A stretch of DNA of 64,000 nt from Alphaproteobacteria bacterium (GTDB taxonomy: Bacteria; Pseudomonadota; Alphaproteobacteria; Bin95). Within the stretch, counting starts at the first letter, position 1, and every line of letters begins with the position of its first letter. The position numbers were made by a program, and so were the translations under genes. Positions 1 through 10,546 of the stretch are shown piece by piece. Location: positions 1,856,001-1,920,000 of the forward strand of contig CBDBGH010000003.1 of the NCBI GenBank assembly GCA_965205265.1. Reading direction: 5' to 3'. The notes under the pieces are model-generated. The model saw only the letters and a list, made by a program, of their open reading frames with translations. It was not told the origin of the DNA and searched no databases.

Positions 1-1
1 G

Positions 2-580
2 GTGATGGTCAGCGAGATCGACCCGATCTGCGCGCTGCAGGCCTGCATGGCCGGCTACGAGGTTGTCCGTCTGGACGATGTCGCCGGCCGCGTGGACATC
101 GTGGTGACCGCAACCGGCAACACCGATGTCGTGACCATCGACCACATGCGCGCCATGAAGGACCGCACGATCGTCTGCAATATCGGCCATTTCGACAATG
201 AGATTCAGGTGGACGCGCTCCGCAATCTCGCCTGGCATAATGTCAAGCCGCAGGTGGACGAGGTGGAGTTCCCGGACGGCAAGCGGCTGATCCTCCTGGC
301 GGAAGGCCGGCTGGTGAACCTCGGCTGCGCGACGGGGCATCCGAGCTTCGTGATGTCGGCGAGCTTCTCGAACCAGGTGCTGGCGCAGATCGAGCTCTGG
401 ACCAATGGAGACCGGTACGACCGGCAGGTGCATGTGCTGCCGAAGCGTCTCGACGAGAAGGTGGCCATGCTGCACCTGGCGAGGCTCGGCGCCCGGCTGA
501 CCGACTTGCGCCCGGACCAGGCGGACTATATCGGCGTGCCGCAGGCCGGGCCGTTCAAGCCCGACTACTACCGCTACTGA
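2..580 (+). CDS. ahcY: Adenosylhomocysteinase, C-terminal part (5' end outside window)
   Basis: [43 protein letters not shown] and terminal [10 protein letters not shown] motifs. Confidence 0.97.
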   Translation: MMVSEIDPICALQACMAGYEVVRLDDVAGRVDIVVTATGNTDVVTIDHMRAMKDRTIVCNIGHFDNEIQVDALRNLAWHNVKPQVDEVEFPDGKRLILLAEGRLVNLGCATGHPSFVMSASFSNQVLAQIELWTNGDRYDRQVHVLPKRLDEKVAMLHLARLGARLTDLRPDQADYIGVPQAGPFKPDYYRY

Positions 581-1347
581 TCGTTGCCGGACGGGCGCAG
601 CAGCCCCTCCAGAACGGTTGCGAGGAGCGCGAGGTCGGCGGGGCGGCTCAGGCGGTGGTCCCCGTCCTTCACGAAGACCGTGCGCACATCCTCGCTGTCG
701 AGGCAGCCGGCCAGGCGCAGCGAGTCCCGCCAGGGGACGGCGTCGTCGCGCATGCCGTGAAGCAGGCGCACAGGCGCTCCTATCGGGATCGGGCCGTCCA
801 GAAGGCAATGGCGCTTGCCGTCCTCGATCAGCGCCTTCGTGATCGTATAGGGCCCGTCCCCGTATTCGCTCGGACGCAGGAAGAAGCCCTGCCGGTCGAG
901 GTCGCGCCGCTGGTCCGCGGTCAACGCCGTCTCCATGCGCCGCACGAAATCGGGCGCCGACGCAATGCCGATGAGCGCATGGACGCGTTCCGGACGGGCC
1001 AGCGCCGCCAGCAGCATCAGCCAGCCGCCCATGCTGGAGCCGACCAGCACCTGCGGCCCCTCTGTCAGCCGGTCGAGCGCGGCGAGCGTGTCGGCGAGCC
1101 AGTCCGAAATCGCGGCCTCCTCGAACCGCCCGCCGGAGGCGCCGTGGCCGCGATAGTCGAACCGCAGGAAGGCCCTGCCCCGCCGCCGGCAGAAGGCGTC
1201 GAGGGCGCTTGCCTTCTCGCCCGTCATGTCGGACATGAACCCGCCAAGGAACACCACGCCCGGCGCCTCCCCGGCCGCGCGCCGGTAAGCCAGCGGCGGC
1301 CCGTCAGGGCGTGCAAGCATGTCGGGTGCCGGGTCCGTTTCGTCCAT
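574..1347 (-). CDS. Alpha/beta hydrolase (ABHD10-like)
   Basis: [26 protein letters not shown] nucleophile elbow, GDHRLS. Confidence 0.9.
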   Translation of the reverse strand: MDETDPAPDMLARPDGPPLAYRRAAGEAPGVVFLGGFMSDMTGEKASALDAFCRRRGRAFLRFDYRGHGASGGRFEEAAISDWLADTLAALDRLTEGPQVLVGSSMGGWLMLLAALARPERVHALIGIASAPDFVRRMETALTADQRRDLDRQGFFLRPSEYGDGPYTITKALIEDGKRHCLLDGPIPIGAPVRLLHGMRDDAVPWRDSLRLAGCLDSEDVRTVFVKDGDHRLSRPADLALLATVLEGLLRPSGNDQ

Positions 1348-1472
1348 CGCGGCCGCCTCCGCTCCACCGAAGAAATTCCGTTTGCAGCCTGCAACCGATC
1401 GATGGAAGACGCCAGTCTCAAGCGAACTTGGCCTTCACATTGCTGCCCAGATTGCCGAAGGTCGGATTTGCC

Positions 1473-2597
1473 ATGTCATCACCTCACGCCGAGGCCCCGC
1501 TGAAGGGCAAGACGATCCTGCAGGTGCTGCCCGCGCTGGTGGCGGGGGGCGTCGAGCGGGGCGCGCTGGAGATCGCCGCCGCAATACGCGAGGCCGGGGC
1601 GCGGGCCCTCGTCGTTTCCTCCGGCGGACGGATGGCGGCGGGGCTCGGCGCGGACCACATCGCCCTGCCCGTCCACACAAAGAACCCCGTCGGCCTCTGG
1701 CGCAACGCGGCCTGCCTGCGGGAACTGATCGAACGCGAAGGCGTGGACCTTGTCCATGCCCGGTCGCGCGCGCCGGCCTGGAGCGCCCGGGCCGCGGCCC
1801 GGCGCGCGAGCGTTCCGTTCGTCACCACCTTCCACGGCGCCTACGGAGCCCGCAGCGCCGCCAAACGCGCCTGGAACCGGGTCATGATCCGGGGCGACCT
1901 CGTTATCGCCGTCTCGGATTTCATCGCGGCGCATATCAGAGAGACTTATCGCTGCCCCGAAGCGCGCATCCGGGTCGTGCATCGCGGCATCGACGCGGCG
2001 GCGTTCGATCCCGCCGCAATTCCGCTGCGCGAGAAGACGGCATTGCGCGCGGCCTGGGGCGTTCCGGAAAATGCGCATGTGGTGCTGCTGCCGGGGCGGC
2101 TCACCCGGCTCAAGGGCCATGCCGTGTTGATCGGGGCCATGCGCCTGCTCGCGGACCCGAACCTCGTCGCCGTGTTCGTGGGCTCGGACCGGGACAGGGA
2201 CGCCTACCGGCGCGAACTGGAGGCGGAGGCGCGGGGCCTGGCGGTGCGCTTTGCCGGGCATACCGACGATGTGGCAACCGCCTATGCTGCGAGCGATGTG
2301 GTGATCTCTGCATCGGTTCATCCCGAATCCTTCGGGCGCGTACTGGCGGAGGCCGGCGCGATGGGAATTTCTGTCGTCGCCAGCGACCACGGGGGCGCAC
2401 GCGAGATCGTGCGCCACGGCGAGACCGGGTGGCTGGTTGCGCCCGGCGACCCGGCCGCGCTCGCCGAGGGCATTCGCGATGCGCTTGCCGCTGCCGGACC
2501 GGCCCTCGCCGAACGCGCCCGCGCCCATGTGCTCGCCCACTTTACGCTCGCGCGCATGTGCGCCGGCACGCTCGCGGTTTACGAGGAATTACTGTGA
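1473..2597 (+). CDS. Glycosyltransferase family 4
   Basis: GGVERG, HARSRAPAW, PGRLTRLKGH, ESFGRVLAEA; start placed at ATG 1473. Confidence 0.9.
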   Translation: MSSPHAEAPLKGKTILQVLPALVAGGVERGALEIAAAIREAGARALVVSSGGRMAAGLGADHIALPVHTKNPVGLWRNAACLRELIEREGVDLVHARSRAPAWSARAAARRASVPFVTTFHGAYGARSAAKRAWNRVMIRGDLVIAVSDFIAAHIRETYRCPEARIRVVHRGIDAAAFDPAAIPLREKTALRAAWGVPENAHVVLLPGRLTRLKGHAVLIGAMRLLADPNLVAVFVGSDRDRDAYRRELEAEARGLAVRFAGHTDDVATAYAASDVVISASVHPESFGRVLAEAGAMGISVVASDHGGAREIVRHGETGWLVAPGDPAALAEGIRDALAAAGPALAERARAHVLAHFTLARMCAGTLAVYEELL

Positions 2598-3391
2598 CGG
2601 ATTCGCAAAAGCGCCCCCCGATCTCCTGCTATATCCGCACCCTCAACGAAGAGACCCGGATCGGCGCGGCGGTCAGCGCGGCGCTGGCGGTTGCGCGTGA
2701 AGTCGTGGTGGTCGATTCCGGGTCCACGGACGGCACGATTGCCGCGGCCGAAGCCGCCGGCGCGCGGGTGGTCGAACAGCCCTGGCTGGGCGGCGGCCAC
2801 CAGAAGCGCGTCGGCGAGGACGCCTGCCGCCACGACTGGTTGCTCGACCTCGATGCCGACGAGGTCGTCAGCGATGAACTGGCAGGGGAAATCCTCGGCC
2901 TGTTCACCGGCGGCGAGCCGGATGCAGACGCGTTCCAGCTCCCTCTCGTGACCGTCGATCCGTCCGGGCGCATCTGGCGCCGGGCGCGGGCGCCCCGCCG
3001 CGCCAAGCTGTACGACCGGCGCAAGATCCGCATGCCCGCCCACGGCGCATGGGACCAGTTCCGCATCCCCGCCGCGCTCCGGGTGCGCCGCCTTGGCGGC
3101 GCACTGCTGCATCGCGCCTTCGACGATATCGGCCACCTTTCCCGCAAGCAGGGCAGCGCGATGGCGCGGCGCGTCGGCTTCCTCGACGAGGCCGGACGCT
3201 CCGGGACCGCATTGCGCGTCTGGTTCGGCCTGCCGGTCTTCTTCCTCCGGAACTACCTGCTGCGCGGCCAATGGCGGGAAGGCCGCTACGGCTTCCTCTT
3301 CGCACTGACCACCGCATACAACCACTGGCTGCGCTACGCGATGCTGTATGAGCGCCTGCGCGCAGGCGCAAACGGGGACGGCAGCGAGTAA
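2594..3391 (+). CDS. Glycosyltransferase family 2 (KdtX/WaaE-like)
   Basis: TLNEE, VVDSGSTDGT, LDLDADE; GTGA overlap with upstream GT4. Confidence 0.88.
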   Translation: MTDSQKRPPISCYIRTLNEETRIGAAVSAALAVAREVVVVDSGSTDGTIAAAEAAGARVVEQPWLGGGHQKRVGEDACRHDWLLDLDADEVVSDELAGEILGLFTGGEPDADAFQLPLVTVDPSGRIWRRARAPRRAKLYDRRKIRMPAHGAWDQFRIPAALRVRRLGGALLHRAFDDIGHLSRKQGSAMARRVGFLDEAGRSGTALRVWFGLPVFFLRNYLLRGQWREGRYGFLFALTTAYNHWLRYAMLYERLRAGANGDGSE

Positions 3392-3530
3392 ATGTCGATT
3401 CTATTTCCTTGACGGCTGCGCCGTATGGACGCAGGCTTTCGCCTTCACGGCACTAAAAGCTCGTGCATACCGCCTTGTCAATACGGCGGTTCAGGGCCGA
3501 TGCCGCAGTCAGGAGTGAGGAGGACTTTCG

Positions 3531-4637
3531 ATGACAGGGTTGAAACGAATTACGGTCTGGTGCCTGGCGTTGGTTGCCGGTGCGCTGATCGCAATGGCGC
3601 CGGCGCGGGACGCCTCGGCGCAGGAAATCAAGCTGCAGTTCCAGACGGCGTTCCCGTCTTCGTTCTACACCCACAACAGCTTCCTGTATTTCGCAGACCG
3701 CGTGAACGCGCTGTCGAACGGCCGCGTCGAAATCACGGTGCAGCCGGGCGGCGCGATCGTGCCTTCGTTCGAACTTCTGGACGCCACCGCCCGCAAGGTG
3801 CTGGACGGCGGGTTCTCGGCGTCGGCCTATTATGTCGGCAAGAACCGCGCCGCGGCACTGTTCGGCCCGGCGCCGGGCGGACCGTGGGGCTTCGACTGGA
3901 TCGACTATTGGGGCTGGGTCTATGACGGCGGCGGCCTCGAACTGCACAACCGGCTCTTCCAGGAGATCCTGGACCGCGATGTCGTGGTGTTCCCGATCTC
4001 GCCGGTGGGCAACCAGCCGCTCGGCTGGTTCAACCGCGAGGTGAAGGACTGGGAAGACCTCGCCACGATCAAGTGCCGGGCGACGGGCATCACCGGCGAA
4101 GTGATGTCGAAATCGGGTATGAAGACCGTCAACATGTCCGGCGGCGAAATCCTGCCTGCCGTCGAGCGCGGCATCATCGACTGCGCCGAATGGGCGGGTC
4201 CGGCAGCCGATATCGACATGGGCTTCTACCAGATCCTGAAGCACTACTACCTGCCGTCCGCGCACGAGCCTGCGACGCTGATCGAACTCATCATCAACGG
4301 CGAGGTGTGGCGCTCGCTGCCAAAGGACATCCAGGAGATCATGAAGTCGGTGAGCTGGGAGGCAACGCTCTGGCAGGTGATCCAGACGCACAGGCTGAAT
4401 GCCATCGCGATCAAGAAGCTGAAGGAGGCCGGCGTCAAGTTCCACCGCACGCCGGACAGCATCCTCGACGGCCAGATGAAGGCCTGGGAGGAGATCCGCG
4501 ACAAGGCGATCGAAGAAAATCCCTTCTTCGCCGAGGTGATCGAATCCCAGCGCGTCTATGCCGCGGAGATCGTGCCGGCACGGCAGTTCTCCCAGGTCGA
4601 TTACGACTGGCTGGCGGACTACTACTGGAAAAAGTAG
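3531..4637 (+). CDS. TRAP transporter substrate-binding protein (DctP/TakP-like)
   Basis: Signal peptide, GGAIVP, GWFNREV, GEILPAVERGIIDCAEW; RBS gaggagg. Confidence 0.9.
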   Translation: MTGLKRITVWCLALVAGALIAMAPARDASAQEIKLQFQTAFPSSFYTHNSFLYFADRVNALSNGRVEITVQPGGAIVPSFELLDATARKVLDGGFSASAYYVGKNRAAALFGPAPGGPWGFDWIDYWGWVYDGGGLELHNRLFQEILDRDVVVFPISPVGNQPLGWFNREVKDWEDLATIKCRATGITGEVMSKSGMKTVNMSGGEILPAVERGIIDCAEWAGPAADIDMGFYQILKHYYLPSAHEPATLIELIINGEVWRSLPKDIQEIMKSVSWEATLWQVIQTHRLNAIAIKKLKEAGVKFHRTPDSILDGQMKAWEEIRDKAIEENPFFAEVIESQRVYAAEIVPARQFSQVDYDWLADYYWKK

Positions 4638-4654
4638 CGGCGACAGCCTGACAG

Positions 4655-4696
4655 GCCGCCTGTCTCCTGCTCCGGCGGGAGACAGGCGGCTTCTTC
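4655..4696 (+). terminator. GC-rich hairpin after dctP (terminator or mRNA stabiliser)
   Basis: gccgcctgtctcc / ggagacaggcggc 13-bp stem followed by ttctt. Confidence 0.6.
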
Positions 4697-4743
4697 CGGT
4701 TCGGCCCGGATATGCGCAGAAGATCCTGCATGGAGGCATACCC

Positions 4744-5787
4744 ATGAAGGCCGTGGTGTTTCTCGGCGACCGCCAGCTCGAATTCATGGAGTTTCCCGAT
4801 CCGGTTCCCGGACCTGGCGAAGCGGTGATCGAAATCAAGGCTTCGGGCATGTGCGGCAGCGATCTCAAAATGTACCGCGCCAAGGGCGGAGCGGCGGCGC
4901 TCGGTCTAGGCGGTCCGGGCGGCCCGGTGATCGCCGGGCACGAGCCCTGCGGCGTGGTGGCGGCCGTCGGCGACGGCGTGCCCGAAGCGCTCGCCAGGGT
5001 CGGCGACCGCGTCATGGACCACCACTATGACGGCTGCGGCGTGTGCAAGCATTGCCGGCAGGGCTGGTCCCAGATGTGCCTCGAAGGCAGCACCGTATTC
5101 GGCGCGACCGGCCACGGCGCGCATGCCGCCTACATGAAGGTGCCGGCGCACACCCTGGTGAAGCTGCCGGACGAACTTTCCTACAAGACCGGCGCCGCGA
5201 TCTCCTGCGGCACCGGAACCGCCTACGGCGCGCTGAAGCGCCTCGCGCTCGCAGGCGACGAAACGATTGCAATTTTCGGCCAAGGCCCGGTGGGCCTGAG
5301 CGCCACGCAGCTCGCCAAGGCGATGGGCGCGCGCGTGATCGCGCTCGACATCGGCGCGGAGCGGCGCGACCTTGCGCTCAGCTTCGGCGCCGACGAAGTT
5401 GTGGATCCGCGCTCCAACGATGTCGTCCAGGCGATTCGCGACCTGACGGACGGCGAAGGCGCGCAGAAATCCCTGGATTGCAGCTCCAGTCCCGAAGCGC
5501 GCCGGGACGCCGTGCGCTGCGTGAGGAGCTGGGGCACGGCCTGCTTCGTCGGCGAAGGCGGCGACGTCACCATAGACGTGTCGAACGACATGCTCAGGCG
5601 GCAGGTGACGGTGGCCGGCTCATGGACCTTTTCCAAGAACGGCCAGGCCGAATGCGCGCGCTTCGTCGCCGAGCGCAAGATCGACGTGGACGCGCTGTTC
5701 ACGCACGAGTTCACGCTCGACCAGGCCGAGGAGGCCTACACGCTCTTCGATACCCAGACGACCGGCAAGGGCGTTTTCCTGATGTAG
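4744..5787 (+). CDS. Zinc-dependent alcohol dehydrogenase (MDR family)
   Basis: GMCGSD, GHEPCG, CGVCKHCRQGWSQMC structural Zn, GQGPVG. Confidence 0.92.
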   Translation: MKAVVFLGDRQLEFMEFPDPVPGPGEAVIEIKASGMCGSDLKMYRAKGGAAALGLGGPGGPVIAGHEPCGVVAAVGDGVPEALARVGDRVMDHHYDGCGVCKHCRQGWSQMCLEGSTVFGATGHGAHAAYMKVPAHTLVKLPDELSYKTGAAISCGTGTAYGALKRLALAGDETIAIFGQGPVGLSATQLAKAMGARVIALDIGAERRDLALSFGADEVVDPRSNDVVQAIRDLTDGEGAQKSLDCSSSPEARRDAVRCVRSWGTACFVGEGGDVTIDVSNDMLRRQVTVAGSWTFSKNGQAECARFVAERKIDVDALFTHEFTLDQAEEAYTLFDTQTTGKGVFLM

Positions 5788-5846
5788 GGACAGGCGCCGG
5801 AGCAGCCGGCGCGGGTTCCGCCGATACGAGAGGGAACGAGGCTGCG

Positions 5847-6413
5847 ATGAACGAAACGGTTGAAAAGTGGATGCGCCGCGTCGTCGGATTCATCGACGCC
5901 GTGAGCGACTGGATCGGCGGCTGGGTTCTGTGTCTCCTGGCGCTGCCGCTGCTGTATGTCGTCTGCCACGAGGTGATCTCGCGCTATGTGTTCAATGCGC
6001 CGACCAATTGGGCGTTCGAACTCACCTTCATGACTTACGGCGCCTTCTTCATGCTGGGCGCCGGCTACACCCTGCTCAAGGGCGGCCATGTCCGCACCGA
6101 CATCTTCTACAACAACTGGTCGTTCCGCACCCGCGGCATCATCGACACGACGCTCTACATCATCGCCTTCTTCCCCGGCATGGTTTTCTTCTTCATCGTC
6201 GGCTGGGAAGAAATGCTCCACGCCTACAACACCGCCGAACGGTCGGACATGACACCGTGGGGGCCGTCTATCGTGCCGTTCAAGGCGACGATACCGGCCT
6301 CGGCGGCGCTGCTGTTGTTCCAGGGCGTCTCGGAACTCTGCAAGAGCTTCTACGCCATGGTGGAAAACAAGCCGCTCCTTGAGGATGCAGAGTTGATAGG
6401 GAGCGAAGTATGA
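5847..6413 (+). CDS. TRAP small permease DctQ
   Basis: EVISRYVFNAPT, GGHVRTDIF, four TM segments. Confidence 0.88.
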   Translation: MNETVEKWMRRVVGFIDAVSDWIGGWVLCLLALPLLYVVCHEVISRYVFNAPTNWAFELTFMTYGAFFMLGAGYTLLKGGHVRTDIFYNNWSFRTRGIIDTTLYIIAFFPGMVFFFIVGWEEMLHAYNTAERSDMTPWGPSIVPFKATIPASAALLLFQGVSELCKSFYAMVENKPLLEDAELIGSEV

Positions 6414-7729
6414 GCACTGACATTCTCGGCCTGGTCCTGCTTTGCTCGCTCATCGCAGGCATCTTCGTCGGCTTCCCTATCGCCTTCACGCTGATCATCC
6501 TGGCGACCGGTTTCGGCTATGCCGTCTTCGGCGATTCGGTCTTCTACCAGATGTACTTCCAGACCCTGGGCATCATGAAGGCAAGCGAACTCGCCGCGGC
6601 TCCGCTGTTCATCTTCATGGGCCACATTCTGGAACGCGCCGGGTTGATGGCGCGGCTCTTCCGATCGTTCCAATTCATATTGGCCCCGGTGCGGGGCTCG
6701 CTCTATCTGGGCGTGCTCGGCACCGCGACGCTCTTCGCCACGGCGACCGGCATCATCGGCGCGTCGATCACCGTGATGGGCATGATGGCGGCGCCGGCCA
6801 TGAGCCGCGCCGGCTACGATCCGCGCATGTCCGCGGGCGTCATCGCCGCGGGCGGCTGCCTCGGCATCCTCATCCCGCCGAGCGTCATGCTGCTGGTCAT
6901 GGGCCCCATCATCGGCGTCTCGGTGATCGACCTGTTCGCCGCCGCGCTCATTCCGGGCCTGATCCTGGCCGGCCTCTATGTCGGCTACGCGATGATCCGC
7001 TCGTTCCTGAACCCGGAACTCGGGCCGCCGCTGCCGCCCGAGCTGCGGGCGAATTCATTCGGAGAGATCGTTCGCGAGTTCTTCTCCGGCATCGTGCCGC
7101 TTGCGGTCATCATGTTCTCGGCGCTCGGCAGCATCGTCGTCGGCATCGCGACGCCTACGGAGGCCGCCGGCATGGGCGCGCTCGGCGCAACGCTGCTGAC
7201 GGTGGCCTACCGGCGGATCACCTGGCAGATTCTGCTGGACGCCTGCCGGCACACGCTCACCACTACGAGCCTGGTGCTGTTCCTCGCCGTCGCCTCCAAC
7301 ATCTACGGCGCGGTGTTCACCCGGCTCGGCACGGGCAACCTGCTCACCGACTTCATGCTCGGGCTGCCCGTGGACCCGCTCGTGCTGCTCGCCATCCTCA
7401 TGGTGGTCATCTTCATTCTCGGGTGGCCGCTCGAATGGCCGGCGGTGGTGTTCATCTTCCTGCCGGTCTTCGTGCCGGTGGTACAGAAGCTCAACTTCGA
7501 CCTGGTCTGGTTCAGCACGCTCGTGGCCGTCAACCTGCAAACGGCGTTCCTGTCGCCGCCCGTTGCGATGGCCGCATACTATTTACGCGCGGTGGCGCCA
7601 CACTGGTCGCTGGGCGACATCTACCGGGGAATGGCGGCCTTCATGGGGTTGCAGGTGATCGGCCTGGCGATCGTGTTCTTCTTCCCCGGAACCGCGACCT
7701 GGCTGCCGAGCATCCTGTTCGATCGCTAG
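6410..7729 (+). CDS. TRAP large permease DctM
   Basis: GILIPPS, GIATPTEAA, FLSPPVA; highly hydrophobic; ATGA overlap with dctQ. Confidence 0.92.
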   Translation: MSTDILGLVLLCSLIAGIFVGFPIAFTLIILATGFGYAVFGDSVFYQMYFQTLGIMKASELAAAPLFIFMGHILERAGLMARLFRSFQFILAPVRGSLYLGVLGTATLFATATGIIGASITVMGMMAAPAMSRAGYDPRMSAGVIAAGGCLGILIPPSVMLLVMGPIIGVSVIDLFAAALIPGLILAGLYVGYAMIRSFLNPELGPPLPPELRANSFGEIVREFFSGIVPLAVIMFSALGSIVVGIATPTEAAGMGALGATLLTVAYRRITWQILLDACRHTLTTTSLVLFLAVASNIYGAVFTRLGTGNLLTDFMLGLPVDPLVLLAILMVVIFILGWPLEWPAVVFIFLPVFVPVVQKLNFDLVWFSTLVAVNLQTAFLSPPVAMAAYYLRAVAPHWSLGDIYRGMAAFMGLQVIGLAIVFFFPGTATWLPSILFDR

Positions 7730-7832
7730 CGTCCTGACCTGTTGACCCTTCGTCCCGCCCCGCGCCGCTTGCGCCGGGGCGGGGTGGCGGCAATACTCGG
7801 CCGCAGACGAGAAGGAAGCGGGAAGGCCCCAT

Positions 7833-9107
7833 ATGAAGCATCTGTGGTTCCACCTCATGCCCTATACCGAGCTGCCGGACGATTTCCGGGAGCAGAACCC
7901 TTCGGTCTGGGTCGATATCCATTCGCGCCTCTTCGACCCCGAGCGCGCGCACTACATGTACAACGACTTCATGGACGAAATGGAGTTCGCGGCGGAGGTG
8001 GGCTTCGACGCGGTGTGCTGCAACGAGCACCACTCCAACGGCTACGGGCTCATGCCCTCGCCCAACCTGATCGCATCGGCTCTGGCGCGCCGCGCCAACC
8101 CCGACACCGCGCTCTGCGTCATAGGCAACAGCCTCGCGCTCTACAACCCGCCGACCCGCGTCGCGGAAGAATTCGCGATGATCGACTGCATCTCGGGCGG
8201 GCGGTTGATCGCGGGCTTCCCTGTGGGCTCGCCGATGGACACCTGCTACGCCTACGGCCAGAACCCGAGCCTGCTCCGCGAGCGCTATCTCGAGGCCCAC
8301 GACCTGGTGATGCGCGCCTGGACGGAGCCCGACACCTTCGCCTTCAACGGCCGTTTCAACCAGCAGCGCTATGTCAACATCTGGCCGCGGCCGGTGCAGA
8401 AGCCGCATCCGCCGGTCTGGATTCCCGGCGGCGGCTCGGTCGAGACGTGGCGGTGGTGCGCCGAGATGGACTATGTGTACTGCTACCTTTCCTATTTCGG
8501 CTACAAGGCCGGCCTGCAAACCATGCAGGGCTTCTGGGAGGAGATGAAGCGGCTCGGCAAGGAGCCGAACCCCTACCGTGCCGGCTTCCTGCAGTTCGTG
8601 GGCGTCGCCGAGACCGAGGCCGAGGCCTATGAGCTTTACCGTGAGCCGGCGGAGTATTTCTACGGACGCTGCCTGCATATCGACCCGCGCTTCGCCGCCC
8701 CGCCCGGCTACACCACCGAGGCGACGCAGCGCGCCGGCATCCAGAGCCAGGTCGCCAGTGCGGCGCTGCAGAACCGCAAGGCGCTGCAGGTCAGCAAGTC
8801 CGCGCGCGAGTTCGACGCCATTCTGGACAACGGCTATGTCATCATCGGCACGCCGGACCAGGTGGCCGAGAAGCTGCGCCAGGTCATCCATGACCTGCGC
8901 TTCGGGCAGCTCATGCTGCTGCTGCAGTTCGGCAATATGGACAAGCAGCTGGCGAAGTACAACTCCCGGCTCTACGCCGAGCAGGTGATGCCGCAGCTTC
9001 AGGATGTCTGGAGCGAATGGGAGAACCACTGGTGGCCGACGCCGATGGCCGCTGCGGACCGGGCTGCGCCCGATCCCATCGCTTATTCTTCGCTCGCCGC
9101 GGAATAG
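7833..9107 (+). CDS. LLM-class (luciferase-like) flavin-dependent oxidoreductase
   Basis: NEHH, PTRVAEEFAMIDCISGGRL, PRPVQKPHPPVW, GTPDQVAE. Confidence 0.9.
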   Translation: MKHLWFHLMPYTELPDDFREQNPSVWVDIHSRLFDPERAHYMYNDFMDEMEFAAEVGFDAVCCNEHHSNGYGLMPSPNLIASALARRANPDTALCVIGNSLALYNPPTRVAEEFAMIDCISGGRLIAGFPVGSPMDTCYAYGQNPSLLRERYLEAHDLVMRAWTEPDTFAFNGRFNQQRYVNIWPRPVQKPHPPVWIPGGGSVETWRWCAEMDYVYCYLSYFGYKAGLQTMQGFWEEMKRLGKEPNPYRAGFLQFVGVAETEAEAYELYREPAEYFYGRCLHIDPRFAAPPGYTTEATQRAGIQSQVASAALQNRKALQVSKSAREFDAILDNGYVIIGTPDQVAEKLRQVIHDLRFGQLMLLLQFGNMDKQLAKYNSRLYAEQVMPQLQDVWSEWENHWWPTPMAAADRAAPDPIAYSSLAAE

Positions 9108-9121
9108 GGGCTGCCGAGGCA

Positions 9122-9919
9122 ATGGACTCCGTTTCCGTCCCGCCCGCCATCGACCATGTGGATGTCAATGGCGCCCCCTGCCGCGTCTGGCGCAAGGGGT
9201 CCGGCCGGCCGCTCGCCTTCCTCGCCGGTCATGGCGGCCTGCCGAAATGGCCGGCCTTCCTCGACCGGCTGGCGGAGACGCATGAGGTCGTCGTGCCCTC
9301 TATCCCCGGCTATCCGGGCGGCCTCGGGCACACAAAGCTCGTGAGCCACCTGGACTGGATACTGGCGGTTCGCGACCTGCTGAACGGCTGCGGGCTGGAG
9401 GATGGCGACACCCTTCTGGCCGGCTCCGGCCCCGGCGCCTCCTTCGCGCTGGAGGTCGCCGCGCTCTGGCCGCACAAGGTCGGCCGGCTCGCGCTCATCG
9501 CGCCATGGGGCCTGTTCGACGAAGCCGAGCCGATGACCGACCCCTGGGCGCAGCGCCAGCCGGAACTGCCGGGCATGCTCTGCGCCGATCCTGAGAACTG
9601 GAACGCGCTCAAGGCGGCGCCGGAGGGCGCGAATTCCATCGAATGGCCGATCGAGCAGACGCGCGCGCTGGAGGCGTCGGCGCGGGCTTTCTGGCCGCTC
9701 GGCAACAGCGGGCTGGAAAGGCGCCTCGGCCGGGTCCGCGCCCCTGCCCTGCTGCTCTGGGGCGCGGAGGACCGCATCCTGCCGCGTTCATACGGGGAGC
9801 GCATGGCGGCAGGGCTCGGCGGCCCGGCGCGGCTGGAAGTCATCGAGGGTGCGGGCCACCTTGCCGAGCTCGACAGGCCGGCCGAAGTGGCGCAGGCGGT
9901 CGAGGCGTTCTTCGCCTGA
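9122..9919 (+). CDS. Alpha/beta fold protein with degenerate nucleophile elbow
   Basis: Fold motifs LLLWGAEDRILP and GAGHL present; GSGPG where GxSxG is expected. Confidence 0.8.
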   Translation: MDSVSVPPAIDHVDVNGAPCRVWRKGSGRPLAFLAGHGGLPKWPAFLDRLAETHEVVVPSIPGYPGGLGHTKLVSHLDWILAVRDLLNGCGLEDGDTLLAGSGPGASFALEVAALWPHKVGRLALIAPWGLFDEAEPMTDPWAQRQPELPGMLCADPENWNALKAAPEGANSIEWPIEQTRALEASARAFWPLGNSGLERRLGRVRAPALLLWGAEDRILPRSYGERMAAGLGGPARLEVIEGAGHLAELDRPAEVAQAVEAFFA

Positions 9920-9952
9920 ACCGCAGCATCCGGCGACAGGGAGGGCGCCCGT

Positions 9953-10546
9953 TTGGTCTTCCCCGAACTCCCGAAGCGGGTCTTCGAGATCGTCTATGCC
10001 GATCCGCCCTGGGACTACAAGGGCCAGTTGCAGCATGCGGGGCCCGGGTCCGGCGATTCCGGCGGCGCGGTCCGCCACTACCCGACCGTCACGCTGAAGG
10101 ACCTGAAGACGTTGCCGGTCGCGCGCATCGCGGCGCAGGATTCGCTGCTGTTCCTCTGGGCCACCAATCCGCATCTGGACCAGGCCATCGAACTCGGCAA
10201 GGCATGGGGCTTCGGCTGGGCAACGGTCGCGTTCGTATGGGACAAGGGGAAGACCAATCCCGGCTTCTACACGCTCAGCCAGTGCGAGCTCTGCCTCGTC
10301 TTCAAGCGCGGCAGGATTCCGCAGCCCAGGGGTGCCAGGAACATCCGCCAGCTCGTGAGCGCGGAGCGCGGTCCGCACTCCGAAAAGCCGGCGGAAGTCC
10401 GGCGGCGCATCGAGGCGATGTTCCCCGGCCAATCGAAAATCGAGTTGTTCTCCCGCAGCCGGGTTCCGGGCTGGACGGCCTGGGGACTGGAGGCCCGGGG
10501 CGCCGGGCCGGATCGCACGGGACTCGAAGGAGCGGGCGATGGGTAG
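9953..10546 (+). CDS. MT-A70 family N6-adenine methyltransferase
   Basis: YADPPW, LFLWAT, WGF, HSEKP, IELFSR, GWTAWG. Confidence 0.9.
   Translation: MVFPELPKRVFEIVYADPPWDYKGQLQHAGPGSGDSGGAVRHYPTVTLKDLKTLPVARIAAQDSLLFLWATNPHLDQAIELGKAWGFGWATVAFVWDKGKTNPGFYTLSQCELCLVFKRGRIPQPRGARNIRQLVSAERGPHSEKPAEVRRRIEAMFPGQSKIELFSRSRVPGWTAWGLEARGAGPDRTGLEGAGDG

Noticed and set aside
1319-2593. N-terminal extensions of long ORFs (also 12928, 29368, 37411, 46949, 50446)
   Set aside because: Arg/Gly/Pro-rich off-frame read-through of neighbouring genes; true starts were placed at downstream coupled codons
3392-3530. Riboswitch upstream of dctP
   Set aside because: Short hairpins and a TTGACG are present but match no riboswitch consensus I recognise
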